Positions 12,606 through 25,390 of a stretch of 64,000 nucleotides of DNA are shown in pieces. Made by a program: the position numbers and the translations under genes. Within the stretch, counting starts at the first letter, position 1. Each line of letters starts with the position of its first letter. The notes under the pieces are model-generated. The model made no database searches. It was given only the letters and a program-made list of their open reading frames with translations, and was not told where the DNA came from. Origin of the DNA: Iphione sp. A-MEVVRFRX5 (lineage: Eukaryota); NCBI GenBank assembly GCA_976226885.1, contig OZ320322.1, positions 47,244,001 to 47,308,000 on the forward strand, read 5' to 3'.

Positions 12606-15353
12606 CCCCCCTCTGACGTCACGTCCCCGACTCACCGCCAGCAGAGACCTCTCCAATCGCCGACTCGCGGTAGTCACCATGGCAGCGGCAGTGGAAGTAG
12701 TGGCGCCCCCTCTAGGACACTTTCGCCCATAGCCGTCGAATCACGAGTTCGACCGGAAGCGGCGGTTGCTCTCCAAGCGAACGCACCCGTCCCTGCTTCG
12801 GTCGCTTCCGGCGTTTCTGCGGTGGAAATAACGCCGAAATATGAAACTAGTCCAACGGGTGTCAACACCACTACTGTTCAAGGTAAAGCGGCGACCTTGC
12901 CGCAGTCACCCACAAAACAGCACAGTGGACCGACTTCCCCGGAGAGAAGGTCACTCGCAACAGAAATAATATCGCCAGAGAAGTCTGTGTTGCGAAAGGA
13001 AGCTACAGAAAGAGCTCCAATCACGGGAGCTTCTTCATACAGGGCTCAAGTAAGAGAAGGAACTGCCGCTGGAAATGTGCCCAGAGGCCTGGATGCAAAG
13101 GGTGGTGCTGGTGTTGGTCCTGTGAGGGTTTCGGCTGGTGGGCAGCAGCGTGCTGGAATTTCGTCCCCAATTTCACCTTCAACAGAACAAGGCGCAGTCA
13201 AGTCAGGTGCGGTCAGCACTGTACCGCAAAGGTACTCCGCATCGACTGGATTGACACCATCACGGGTGGCGACGTCCAGCAGTGTAGGTGTCGATGGCGC
13301 AACAACATCATCCATTGTAACTACGAGGACTGTCACCTCCCCAACCACATCCCCAACTGGAAAAGCTGTCAAATCTCCTGTTTCTACCGTCACCACAACA
13401 CAGGCTGTACCACGCACAGTTGCCACACCCAGAGTTGTTACTTCCCCGACAGAGAAAAGGCAGCCCGTGGTATCTCCCCAGACTGTCACCACTAAGTCAG
13501 TAACAGTCAGTGCTGCAGCTGTAAGCCCAACCAGAACAGTGACATCACCAATACAGGTGTCAAGCTCAGTCATCTCAACAAAATCACCACTGACAACAGC
13601 AGCTCCAGCAACACAGCCTTCAAGTTCTATTGTTGCCAAAAAGCCAACATCGCCAAAAGCTGCAACAACAGCACCAATACTTATATCAAGCTCAAAAGTT
13701 ACAGCACAGCCAACATCACCAACAACTGTTGCAACATCATCAGTGCAAGTTTCAAGTTCTGTAGTTGCAAAAAAGGCTATATCACCCACAACAGGTACCA
13801 CAGCTCCAATACTTGTATCAAGCTCCCTAGTAACTTCAAAGCCAACATCACCAACAGCTGTAACAGCAGCACCAGTAAAGGTTTCAAGCTCTGTGGCTGT
13901 GAAAAAGCCAACTTCACCAACAGCAGTTACCACAGCACCTGTTCTTGCATCAAGTTCGATTGTGACACCAAAACCAATATCACCAACAGCTGCAACAACT
14001 TCACCAGTGCATGTGTCAAGTTCTGTGGCTGGAAAGAAACCAACATCACCAGCAGCAGTGACCACAGCACCAATACTTGTATCAAGCTCCATAGTAACTT
14101 CAAAGCCAACATCACCAACAGCTGCAACAAGTACACCAGTGCAGGTTTCAAGCACTGTGGTGGCAAAAAAGCCAACATCACCAACAACAGTTACCACAGC
14201 ACCTGTTCTTGCATCAAGCTCGGTGGTAAAAACTAAGCCGGTATCACCATCAGCTATAACCACTGCACCAATACAAATTTCAAGTGCTCTGGTTACAAAA
14301 AAGCCAACATCACCTACAGCAATAACAACATCACCAATATTGGTAACAAGCTCAGTCGTTACAACAAATTCCATCACATCTCCCACAGTATCGACAGCAC
14401 CACCAGTACAAGCATCCAGCGCTGTGAGCACCACAAAGCCAACATCACCTCCAGCCGTGACTTCTTCACCGATATCTATTTCAAGTTCCGTCGTCACTGC
14501 AAAAACTGTGACGTCAACCACTACCACGGTGGCATCTCCTACAACGGTTACTGCAGTGACATCACCAAAGACGCAATCTAAACCCGTTGAGAAGGCCACC
14601 CGAGACGTCAGTCGGACACCGGTGTTACAGATCCAACCGAGAGATGCACCCACGTCACCGACAGAGACGGTGGGGTCCCCTACCTCCCCGACAGTGAGGT
14701 CGGAGACTTTCATCACGCCTACCAAGCTTCCGACTTCACCGGTGCCAGAGGCGGTCAAGGGAGAGGCCGAGCCCCCACAAACACATGGGAAAACAGGGAG
14801 GGCTCCAACAACAGCCAGAACCACAGTAGATGTGCCCGTCTCTCCCACTGCTGTGTCAGCCCTGAAAGTACAGCCCACGAGTCCAACCAGAGAGAATCCA
14901 GCTGAAGTACCACCCTCCCCGTCGGAAGTCGATAATGCCGTGCAGGATCTAACTGCCACCCACATAGCCAAACCCACCGAGAAGCCTGCTGTTCAGAAAG
15001 CTGATACCCCAATACGACAATCCCAAGCAGTGGCTGGGAGCTTAAGTGAGAGACATGTACACACTTCAGCGGTAGAGATTAAACCCACGTCCCCAAAGAC
15101 CCAAGGGGCCGTCGACTTTACTAAGTATGGTATCCCCGAGAAGGTAGGCGAGCCCCTTGAACCCCTCAGACAGGTCACCAAGGAGCCACTCAAAGACGCC
15201 CCTAGCAGCGCTGCCTTAAGCAAGAAGCCGGACGCCCGGAAGGCCCGTTTCGGTAGTCAATATGGCCAGGCTCCCAAGATGGAGTTTGGCATGGTCTACA
15301 CGAAAAAGCCGGCTCCACCACAGCAAGTAGAGAAGCCCTCAAACGCACAAAAG
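12606..15353 (+). CDS. SVIL: Supervillin-like gene, giant 2748-nt S/T/P-rich exon (phase 0/0)
   Basis: Branch-like cactaac (12585-12591), then ccgtccgccttccag|. The frame is open from 12591 and contains track ORF 12822-15413. Donor CAAAAG|gtaaga at 15354. 916 codons. Confidence 0.8.
13638..14498 (+). repeat. Coding tandem repeat: about 13 copies of a 66-nt / 22-aa unit, consensus KKPTSPTAVTTAPILVSSSVVT
   Basis: Read directly from the translation: KKPTSPKAATTAPILISSSKVT, AQPTSPTTVATSSVQVSSSVVA, KKAISPTTGTTAPILVSSSLVT, SKPTSPTAVTAAPVKVSSSVAV, and so on. Confidence 0.9.
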
Positions 15354-15585
15354 GTAAGAATCACTGTAAACTGCATTTTTCTCTCTTATTTTCTCATACT
15401 TATTCGTATATAAACAACTGGTGACGCTTGAATCATATGGATCGCACTCATGACCAATGATCCACTGTGTCTGATGTATCCAGGAAGCTGTTTCCGTAGT
15501 TACTATATGCCAAACGACGCCGGATATAATTAGATCCAGAGGTGTTTCGGGGCAACTGGTGTCCATGTCCCGGAGGCATGAATCG

Positions 15586-15599
15586 GTTACCATGGCAAC
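15586..15599. promoter_or_regulatory. Intronic RFX X-box GTTACCATGGCAAC
   Basis: Direct consensus match about 230 nt into the intron after the giant exon. Confidence 0.6.
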
Positions 15600-17791
15600 A
15601 TGAGAACGGCCCCCCTGACTTTGTTTAAGGTAGGGGATCCGCTCCAGGGTTGGCTTGCACCAGGCGAACGCTAGCATCATAACTAGTACAATAGGTCTAA
15701 CCTTTCTACCTGTGTGATTTACCGCTTCTAGGGGGTGTTGTTTCTGGAGTGAGGCACGGTGCAAAGCAATGGGGGCACACGAGGAGGGGGAGGGGTGAAT
15801 GTTGGTCCTGTGTGTGCGAGGGGGGGGGGAGGAAGTTCGAGAGAGGGAATGGAGCACCAAAGCTATGGTGGGAAGGGAACTAGGCGAGTCTGACAATATG
15901 AACAAGTTAAAAGGTCACATGGGCAGAATTCTGGAAATGAAGACCACAAAAACGTAATAGAGACACGTACGGTCCAGAATACGAAGAATTTCCAGAGTAC
16001 CATGAAAACAGACAAGGCTATGTCTAAGGTAATTCCCAGGTGCCATCATGCAAACCCAGGGCAATCAATGTACGCTCGAAATGCGGTGCTAAAAAAGATA
16101 GCAGGTCGAGAGGCATTTGACACATGCCGTTTAATGGAGAGGGAGTAGATTGATAGATGGGAAAGGTTCACCCCGGGTCAGTAAAGGAGAGGTTATGACA
16201 AGGTGCTACAGATACACGGGTATGATCTGGGAGGGTGAGGGGTTCAGATTAAAGGTATATGTAGGATTAGCGAAGAGGCCGAAAAGAGTATGGAACAGGG
16301 AAGGATGGTAGATAGAGTCAAAGCCATATGTAGCAGGAGGTCCGCGTATAATATACGTGTATATTTTACGAAACAGGCGGGCTAACTACAAGGATGGAAT
16401 GGGATAAAGGTGTATGGAAGCAGAGGAAAATGTCGGGAAATATCAGACGACGACAGTGGAGGAGAAGAACAAGGAAGAAGCAAGGGATCTACTGGGCGTT
16501 ATTTCCATCTGCTGTACATTTGCAGTTTACGTAGCACATAACCAATTCATTCCAGCATTTATGGACTGCGTATATTACATAAATTATATATGCATCGAAA
16601 CGAAGCTAAAGAGAAACGCTTATAATAAACATGGGGACAGTTATTTGGAAGTATCTAGAAACAAACACACACGGACAAAAAATAGATACACGCACACACA
16701 GAGGGAGAGAATTCATCCATCAGCACTGCTGAGAGCATGGTGTAAAATAGAAAGATGATTACGATAGCAGGTGTGAGTAAGCTAGTAAGGAACGTGTACC
16801 CATTGGAGCCAGGGTTCTGGATGAATGGGCCGAAAGGCTACCCAGAAATAATATTTTGGGGAGTGGCTGCAACAGACGAGTCCAGGAGATGCGGTGTGTG
16901 GAGTGGGAGGGGGTTAGGAAGGGCTAGCTAGGTGGGTATATATTTTGGTTGGAAGGTAGGTGGCGTGGAGGTGCGAGGTGAGAGGTTACCCTAGAGCTAC
17001 ACTTACTGTGTTCCCAGCTCCTAGGCATAGGACAAAGGGTGGATTCTGTAGGATACACCTGTCTATCTCACAAACGATCCTCACTAGACTTAAGGCCACG
17101 AGCTGAGGATGTTATCACCATCATCCACTGCCATGTGAGATTGATAGGACTACCTGCATCCTGGTGGACGGAAACAAGGAGCATATGATTCCCGAGACGA
17201 GATAGCGACCAGTGTGACATGGCTGTAACGTATGCTGACCAAGATGTTTCTACTTGATCCCGAGAGGAGGAACACTTCTTCAAGACGGAGTCATAAAAGC
17301 TTTACATAACGGACGTGGGTTCTAGTGTAGCAAGAAGGATATATCCCCTTGCGGGACGTGCTTCCTTTAATACGTAAGGAGCAACTGAAAGCCCGAGGCC
17401 ATTGGGAGCAAATTGTAGTACTTAGGACAGGAACTACCAAATTTGTTAGTCTATCAGATATTACATGTATGTTATCCGAGATGTGACACTCTCTTTGACG
17501 TTGGCGTTGTACGAGTTACCTTGAATACAGGCTTATCCGTGGAATTACTCAGACTTTCTAGGATTTCTTAGCAATGTGATCTTTTATGGTTGAATCCAGC
17601 GGTGCAATAATGAGCACGCGTCAATGCAAAACACGAAAATGTCACCAAGTATTCAGAGAGACCACCAACGAATCGCGATTTATCAGAGGAATTAATGACA
17701 AATCCAGTAGTTGAAATTACAAAGGGATTACAACGAAATATCGAGAAAACAACAACGCAGGCAAAGAAAAGCAGTCATGTTCCCGTGTAGA

Positions 17792-17813
17792 CCAATGGAC
17801 AGTATATATAAAA
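17792..17813 (+). promoter_or_regulatory. CCAAT plus TATA box (candidate internal promoter)
   Basis: CCAAT at 17792 and TATATATAAAA at 17803-17813, followed within about 115 nt by a strong donor CTG|gtaaga at 17928. Confidence 0.35.
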
Positions 17814-20800
17814 CCTGTGAATGACGTAATGTGGATCATGGATATTATACTAGAAGTAGTTTATAGACTCTGCGAGGCTTTGTCTCGCGTGGCAGAACAT
17901 CTGCTTCTCACGGAGCGATGGCAGCTGGTAAGAATTCCGATTCCTTTGCCTTCGTCTACAGCCAGAGGTTTCACACTGACGTCTTTCCTCGCGGGTCTTC
18001 TATGTGATCCCGGAGTAGTATACAGGAGTAGTATTATCAACCATTGTTGAAGGTTAGGGATCAGAACACATCTGGGACTGCCCTCTGCTCTCTGGCTTCG
18101 ATTAAGATTCCAGGTTTTATGTGTTCCCATGACATAGGCCCCTACACAGGCATGGTCTTGAATAGGTTATGAAACACTCTTGGTCGGGCTTGCATTCAAA
18201 TGGGGCAGGATTTTACCCCGACCAGGATCAGGCTCGCCCAGTAAATTTATATTACACATGATTACTCTCACCAGGTTCCTCTTAGCTTAGCACTGATCAA
18301 TACGTTTCTCCCTAGAATGTCAAATACAGTTTGTATAGTTTTTCAGATTGGTTGGATGATTTGGGCTGAAAACTATACAGACACAAATGTACCCCCTGAC
18401 AGATGTATACATGTACAATTATATGCATTCAACACAAGAAGAAGAAACTCTCATTTTTTATCTCTTTTTAGACTTCAAGTATCCTGAAACATGCCTTCAT
18501 TGTAATAATATTGATTTACAAAAACCTCTTGACCCTCATACCAATGAAAAACGTCAATAACTTGAACGAAATACAAAAAGTCCGGCACAGGAACCACTTT
18601 AGGCCGCTCGTTAAAAGATTTGATATAAGAGGTGATTTGCTTATCGAAGAAATAGAGCAGTAATATAGGCAAGAGTTTCAGTCATCTACAATGCCATACT
18701 ATGATAACTGCACTTGATATGTTCCTGTCCTGTCTGAGTCTAGCCACTCCATGGTACCGTTTGATATAAGAGGTCAATAAGAAAAAGTGTTCAGGCCAGT
18801 TTAGGAAAGGCCCTAACTAGATAAGTTATAGTGCTTGTTTATCAGAATTGCACTACCTTATGGAAAATGACAGTGCCTAGTAACTGCTAACTACGTTTTC
18901 AAGAAACAAGGCTAAAAATGGTAGAATTAGTCATTATGAATTATGACACTGCGAACCGTCTTTTACTAGAAAGGTCAGAGTGTCTGTTTATTAGAATTCA
19001 TTGAGAGGGAGACAAGGCTTGATTGTTGGTGTCTAATAATTCCAAATGGTAGGGTCTAAACTGTCACTTACCAGAAAATGGGGGGGGGTTACCTGTTAAT
19101 TAAAGCTGTACTGTCATGTGGAAAATTGACTCCTCGCAGAGCAGCAAAAAGTCACCTGCTACTAGAAAACTTGCAAGTGATTTTTTCGAAATGTATTTCA
19201 TTTGAATTATCTTCTACAATGGATGACCACCATAAAGATTTACCAAGGGACTGTTAAGTTCACTTTCAGTCGCCATTCACCTTTGGGATTTTGAGTGAGT
19301 CCGCCCATCAAAAAAGATCGATAAAAAAAGAATTCATTCCGATTCAGCCGCCAGTTTTTTCTTTTCGAAATTTTGATGAAATGCTATTTAAAGACCGTCG
19401 CGTTTCTAAGAAACGGTAAGAAACTCATAAGATTTACTCATAATGAGTCGTAACACTCTGAACAGTCAATGCTTGGAGAAGTCAAGCTGCCTGAGAGTTT
19501 TCTCGACCCTAGCGAGAGTCAATGGTGTCCTACCGTTGGTACTTCCTGTTTCGAATAAGCCGTGATAGGTCGTCAGAATGACCAGTGATATACATGTACA
19601 TGTATTTGCATATAGGTGCATATAGATATATAGAGATATATGTGCGTATAGGTGTACACAGGGTGCTACTGACAGATAAAAACACAGGGACACAAAAATA
19701 AAGATACAGAAAAAAGAGATACAGACAGGAAGCAAAGTGTAGTGAATAGAGCCAGGGAAGGAAACGAGGTTGAATGATAGTTAAAGTGTTGGTGGTTGAC
19801 AGCAGTCATCCATTTATATGACGAAAAGCCCATCAGAACCTCAATGGTGTGTGAACGCACTTTTATGTATGTTAGGCAAATGCTAATGACATTTATACGG
19901 GCTGCTTTTGAATAGAAGCCAAATTCAGTCTCTGGCGTCGACACTTTGACGGTGACGAGCTACCTTATATGGCACCTACGTTAATGCAGCCCTCGCTCCA
20001 GTTTGGGATCCTCCGAGGTCCGTACACGGTAAGAAGGCAGGTTCCCGAGAGCTACCCACCCGCTAGAAAACAGGACAAACATGTTTTGAAATGGCGACAT
20101 GCAAGGAAAATGACATATGTATTTCCTCCTCCAAACCACTTCCCGAAAAATTCCCGCGGGGAATATAATTCGTGTTGAACTTTTTTCAGTGTTAAGCAAA
20201 TTTGATACCATGCTGTTTCCGAAACCCCGTCCCATGCCACGGGGCGTATTTCACCGAAGGTGGTCCAAGGAGTGAAGTCTTTTTTCCCCAGAGCGTTTGT
20301 TCTGCGGGCTGACCCAGCAAAGGGCATAGCTTCATAGAAGTCTATGCAATGTAATAACTGCCATGGAAGGACTGACAACGAAAATACACCTTTACAATAT
20401 GCGTTGACCCTCATCGTCTTGATATAGCGATTGATTTAGAGTGCAGTGAGAGCTGCTGGTACAGATCTGTTTTTAAGATACTCGTCAGGTGAGGCCCGTA
20501 GCAGTCACGCTCCAAGGCACGGAAGAAGTAGGCGGTTCACGTCCACTGACTCTCCCTACTCCTCTGACTAATACACGCTTGCTCACAAGTGTTTCACCTT
20601 TCTCTATGGAGAAACTTGGGTTTAAATCCCATGTACATGTGTAGCGTGTAGTATGTTTTCACATGCTACACACATTTGTAGCCTACATGTAGCGTGTTCA
20701 TCTTCCAGCCCAGTCAATAAGTATAGATTCCACTGAAGATATGCCCTCACGGCCGTGAAAATACAGGGCATTGGATACATTTCCAATTCAAAAACACACT

Positions 20801-23450
20801 ACATGTAGACAAAACACATGGTACCCTCCCGCGATTATCCTATGCCCCCAAACATGGTAAAGACACACTTTCAGGGCCGTGAAGATATGTGCACATGGAA
20901 ATCATGGCTTTCCAGGGTCACCTGATCAGTCTTAGAAATAAACCTCAGCTGAATTCGTTCATATACGGGCCATTATACTGCCACAAATGATACGAGGTTG
21001 CTTTTGAACTGCTGTACCAGGAAATTCATAGGTTGAAAATGGGCCTCTCGGCCCATAATATTGGGTAGAGTTTTACAAGCCGTTTAAAGAGGCGTAAACC
21101 GGTCAGCTCTAACCTGACACCTATTCAACAACGATATCAAAATGACAATGTTTCCATTCACATCTTTCTCTGATGTTGATTCACCCTTTCTTTTTACTTC
21201 ACCTTTCCAACTGCCTCTGCCTGACCTTTTTCTCTGTCCCTGTGTCCCTTCTCTAGATCATTCTAGATTTCCCGTATTGATTTAGCTACCTTCAACCAAG
21301 ACAAGATATCTTTCTTTTAGTGCCAAACATCATTGGTAAACACAGACCACGTAAACCGACCGTTTAGGTTCCATCTGAATGCACCATATAACCCTTCACA
21401 GTGTCAGCCGTTTAGTTCTGCCAGCAGCAGCATTGACACCGTGGCCCTCTTCTGACCCACCGTGTATAGGCGTCAGTCTTAGTATGTCAACACTGGAACA
21501 CCTAGAACTATAGATCCCCATAGAGGTGTGTATAGAGCGTCTCGACGCTCACACTGCCTGCCACCGGGTCGCCGTCGGCAGACTCCATCGACGGGCATTT
21601 TTGCCCCCACGAGAGCTTTTGGATCCCACTGGGATCATCAGGTAGTGGGAAATGTCTCAGTCACGCCACCCTGGGCCGCTCCTCACCACGGCCGACCTGG
21701 ACTTACAGGATGGTTGATACTTAAACACTGGCAACACAGGAGAACGGAGTAGGATCAATCTCCCACGCTCGTACACCACAGCTCACACTACCTCAGAGGT
21801 GCGAGAGGGTGATATACACGGGGGAGGAGCCTCCTCCTGCTCTTGCTTGGCCACCTCCTGGTCTATGTGGCAGTGAACTACATGTACTTGGCTCTCTGTG
21901 ATACATCCAAATGGGATATCTTTTCCACGCGTATATGGAGGAACTCTTTACGAGTACTGCAAGTATAGGTGGGTCATTCGTCTTTCCACAGGGTTTGTGC
22001 CCCCACTTAAGGTATAGGTACACTGATATATGTAATTATCCTAAGGCGACTCACTGGGAAGAGGGCACGGGTGAGACCCGGGGTAATGGCCCTATCAATT
22101 GCACCTGTATATAACACATGTGACTCCAGCAAAGGTGTGTGCACTGCTTGTATACACAGGAGACTGCGGGGATACAGAGGAATTCACCCTTCTATTGAAG
22201 TTCTGGAACAAACCTCTGGGCTCGATCGACTCTCGGTAGGTCCTCCCTGTTGACGCCATGGCGTGATGGCTATAACTATCAAAGCATTACTTATTCACAG
22301 GCGGGCACAGTTCTGTAAGATGTTATTTGAAGAATGCCCCTAGAAGGAACCGCCTATAATTACCCTTGAGATGGTAAATAACACAACATGCTGTCTGGGC
22401 ACGCCTGTGTTGTTATAATTCGGTGTGGTCTCCAGCCAATATGGGCTCCTTGCCAAATGATCAACTCCTAAGGGGACTGGGACTAAAGATCACTCAGGCA
22501 AGTTCTGAAGGGTGCAAATAGGCTCTGATTACAATTACCCCAGGATCATCATCATCGTAGTTTTAATGTTTCGTTACTTAGGCTGAAAAATTCACCACCC
22601 CCTCCCATACTGAACATATATATACACTGTACATGTATTGTGCAGCGCTTCCGGTTTGATCAACTCTGTTCCACTAAACATGACAGAAGTGTCCGCAGAG
22701 GGGGGCACGTGGGATAAAATGGGGCGATCATTTGATGGTAATTACCTCCATAGGTGATTACAAGGGTTAATGACACAATTATCTTATACAAATTTGCTTA
22801 CAGTGCAGACATAGAGGCTAATCATATATAATCAGAACTCATTTACCAGGATATTTCTGTTACAGGGAATTTAATCTGGATAAAGATATAACCTTGAGAC
22901 AATGAATTAGACTGTATCATACTAACGGTTGATCCTGTAAAGAAATATATACCGAAACGTCCAGGTAGTATCTTCTGTCTACATATCTTATATAGCTTCC
23001 AACTGGGAAGACCTGTTATGAGTGTTATGCTCAACAGGTGCCAGCTCCATCAGGCGGGGAAAAAATGGTTGCTCTCACGATGTCTTGCATACTTGAATGC
23101 AGTCTTTATGCTTCTAGTTCAGGAGACGCGACACGTAATCTTTTGATCTCTTCAAGTTCTTGTCTCCTGTCCTGGCTTTCTCTAAATAGGATTTGTAACT
23201 AGTTTGTGAAGAAGAATTCAAAGTATTTCCTCAACGCGCCGACATATTTTGTGCTAAGTGATTCATAAAAAAGATGATACTGTGTCTAACATTTAGGTTG
23301 ACTGAACTTTATTTTCTTTTTTTGTAAAATATAACATGGCGACAACAGTCACTGTAGTTTTGATAAATCACCCATGCCTCATTATGAATGAAGTCCCAAC
23401 AAAGATAGTTATTATTACTAAATGCTAATTACGTTCCATTTTTTGAACAG

Positions 23451-24089
23451 GGGGACGCCGTCAACAGGGTCACAAGGCCCAAGGATACCCCGACGTCTGT
23501 AGAGGCGTCGGACGCTGCCAAGACCCCCCACATCGCCGCCCAGGGGTCTGATTCTGAGAAAGCAGTGGAAACGACTTCGACGACAATAACAACCAAAGAA
23601 ATAAGCGGTGGTAAAGAAGTGTCAGAGTTAGTCCGTAGATTCTCCAGTCCTGAACCGGAAGTAGGAAAAGCAACAAGCGTTCCCCGCCGGAGGACGCCGG
23701 AGCGGACGCAGAGTCTCCGCGAGGAGAGCAGCGGTCGCGGCGGCCGCATTTCGGTGCCGACGCGAGGCCACAGCTTCCGTCAAAGCGATCGCGGCGTCGA
23801 CATTTCAGCGACGACCCCGCAGATCGAGCAGGATAAAGGGAGCGATACCGGAAGTGACGCCATGAGCGGCTCGTCGGCCGTAACCCGGCGGCGCTTCAAC
23901 GCGGTGCCCGCCGACGACCAACTGATGAAGATTCTCAACAGGAGGAGTCGGACCCTGGAGGAATGGGAAGCAGCGCAGGCGGTTGAAGGCGACGTTCCGG
24001 CCCAGGAGGCGGCCGTCCTCCAGTATGAGCAACGCCTGCAGCAGGAGAGGCGGAACAAGAGCCTGGAGCAGGTCATAGCGGACGACGAG
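23451..24089 (+). CDS. SVIL: Supervillin-like exon (phase 0/0)
   Basis: Acceptor ttttttgaacag|GGGGAC, donor GACGAG|gtgagg. 213 codons, GDAVNRVTRP...LEQVIADDE, including track ORF 23565. Confidence 0.85.
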
Positions 24090-25390
24090 GTGAGGAGCTG
24101 CTCTAAGTGTAGACGGCGGTGATGGAAACGGTGGGGGTCCGGGTGGGATAAGCCTGGCTTAAAGTGAGCAACTCCTTATGTTCTACAATGGCTTAGTTTT
24201 ATTGAGAGGACTAGCTTGGAAGAACAAGATGGTGATGTTTCCTTCGAGTCTGTAGAACAAGACCTTTGATGAGGCTGAGCGTTGTATCTAAGATGGGTGA
24301 AAAGGTCCATTTAGGGGAGGAATAGATCAATTATTAATTAGATAAAACAGTTATGTTATTTGCCAGGCCCCACACAGGGTCCGATGTAATACTAATAGGA
24401 AGCGCTGAGGATCCCGGGGTGTGTGATATTTTATATTTTCCCTCCAACAGAATCAATTCAACTTACCGTGGTGCAAACCCATTCGTTTCTTCACTGTTGC
24501 GCCTGTCGTCGATGTAGATGTATGTAATCACTCCTCTCCATGTGTGTATCTTGTATCACTCTCCTTGATATTTATTTGATCACTATGTTTTGAGACGAAT
24601 ACTTGCCTTGGAATGGGTACAATAGCACACAAACACGCCACATTGTTGGGAAAAAAACATGATAGGACACACAATCTTGACAAGCGGATATGTGTCATCA
24701 AAGTTCTTGTTCTAAAACGATTGTTACGCGGTGTCTTGCACGGAAATTTGGTTTCATTTGCGACGTGCGTCTCCAACTCACTCGTGATGATGTGCATAGA
24801 AAAAAGCAACGCATGCAACGTAATCATGCTTCTTTGTTGTATTTTTTGTTGGTGTTACTCTCCTCTCCTTCGCTGATTTCTACTTTTCCTCTTTTATTTT
24901 CTCTCCCGGTTGTCGTTCAAACTTGTCGCCTGTCCATCTCCACATCTGAGCTCATGTTTTTCCAACAAATTGTTACTAATAATGAGGGTCTTTATCGAGT
25001 GAAGTATACAATAAAATGGGAAACGTACTGGAGGAAGACTGTGGGGGGAGCACTGCATATGTGCACATAATGAGCCAGCATGTGCTCCTATAGCCAAGGA
25101 GAAAATGACGAAACTTACATAAGAAGAAAACTAATGGGCCTTGATACAAGACCTCCGGGCCTAAAGAAGAACCCAACAGCAATTGATATGATTACATGAT
25201 TGTCAGCTGTCAGTCTTATTCTGGTGCATACGCCAACATGATACGGACACATTTACGTACACTGTGTCTGAGATGTGCCAGTGGCGGAATGTCACGTCGC
25301 TTCCTTCTTTATGTCACTATTTGTTGAGCACTTCGTCATGTAAGACTGTAAGTAACCGGTCGTTTTCTTGCTTTTCCTTGCCTCCATCAG

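Noticed and set aside
12679-12732. ATG in good context (caccATGG) as gene start
   Set aside because: Out of frame with the long ORF and stops after 17 codons; the frame is better explained by the acceptor at 12605.
13638-14498. CRISPR-like interpretation of the 66-nt or 41-bp repeats
   Set aside because: Units are contiguous and degenerate with no unique spacers; eukaryotic spliced context; no cas genes.
13046-14977. 643-aa minus-strand ORF (Val/Gly/Thr-rich)
   Set aside because: Antisense shadow of the 66-nt coding repeat; low complexity, no independent splice or promoter support.
18475-18672. Protein-looking minus ORF (…VPDFLYFVQVIDVFHWYEG…)
   Set aside because: Exact antisense frame of the plus-strand open frame at 18472, which has the splice acceptor; no support of its own.
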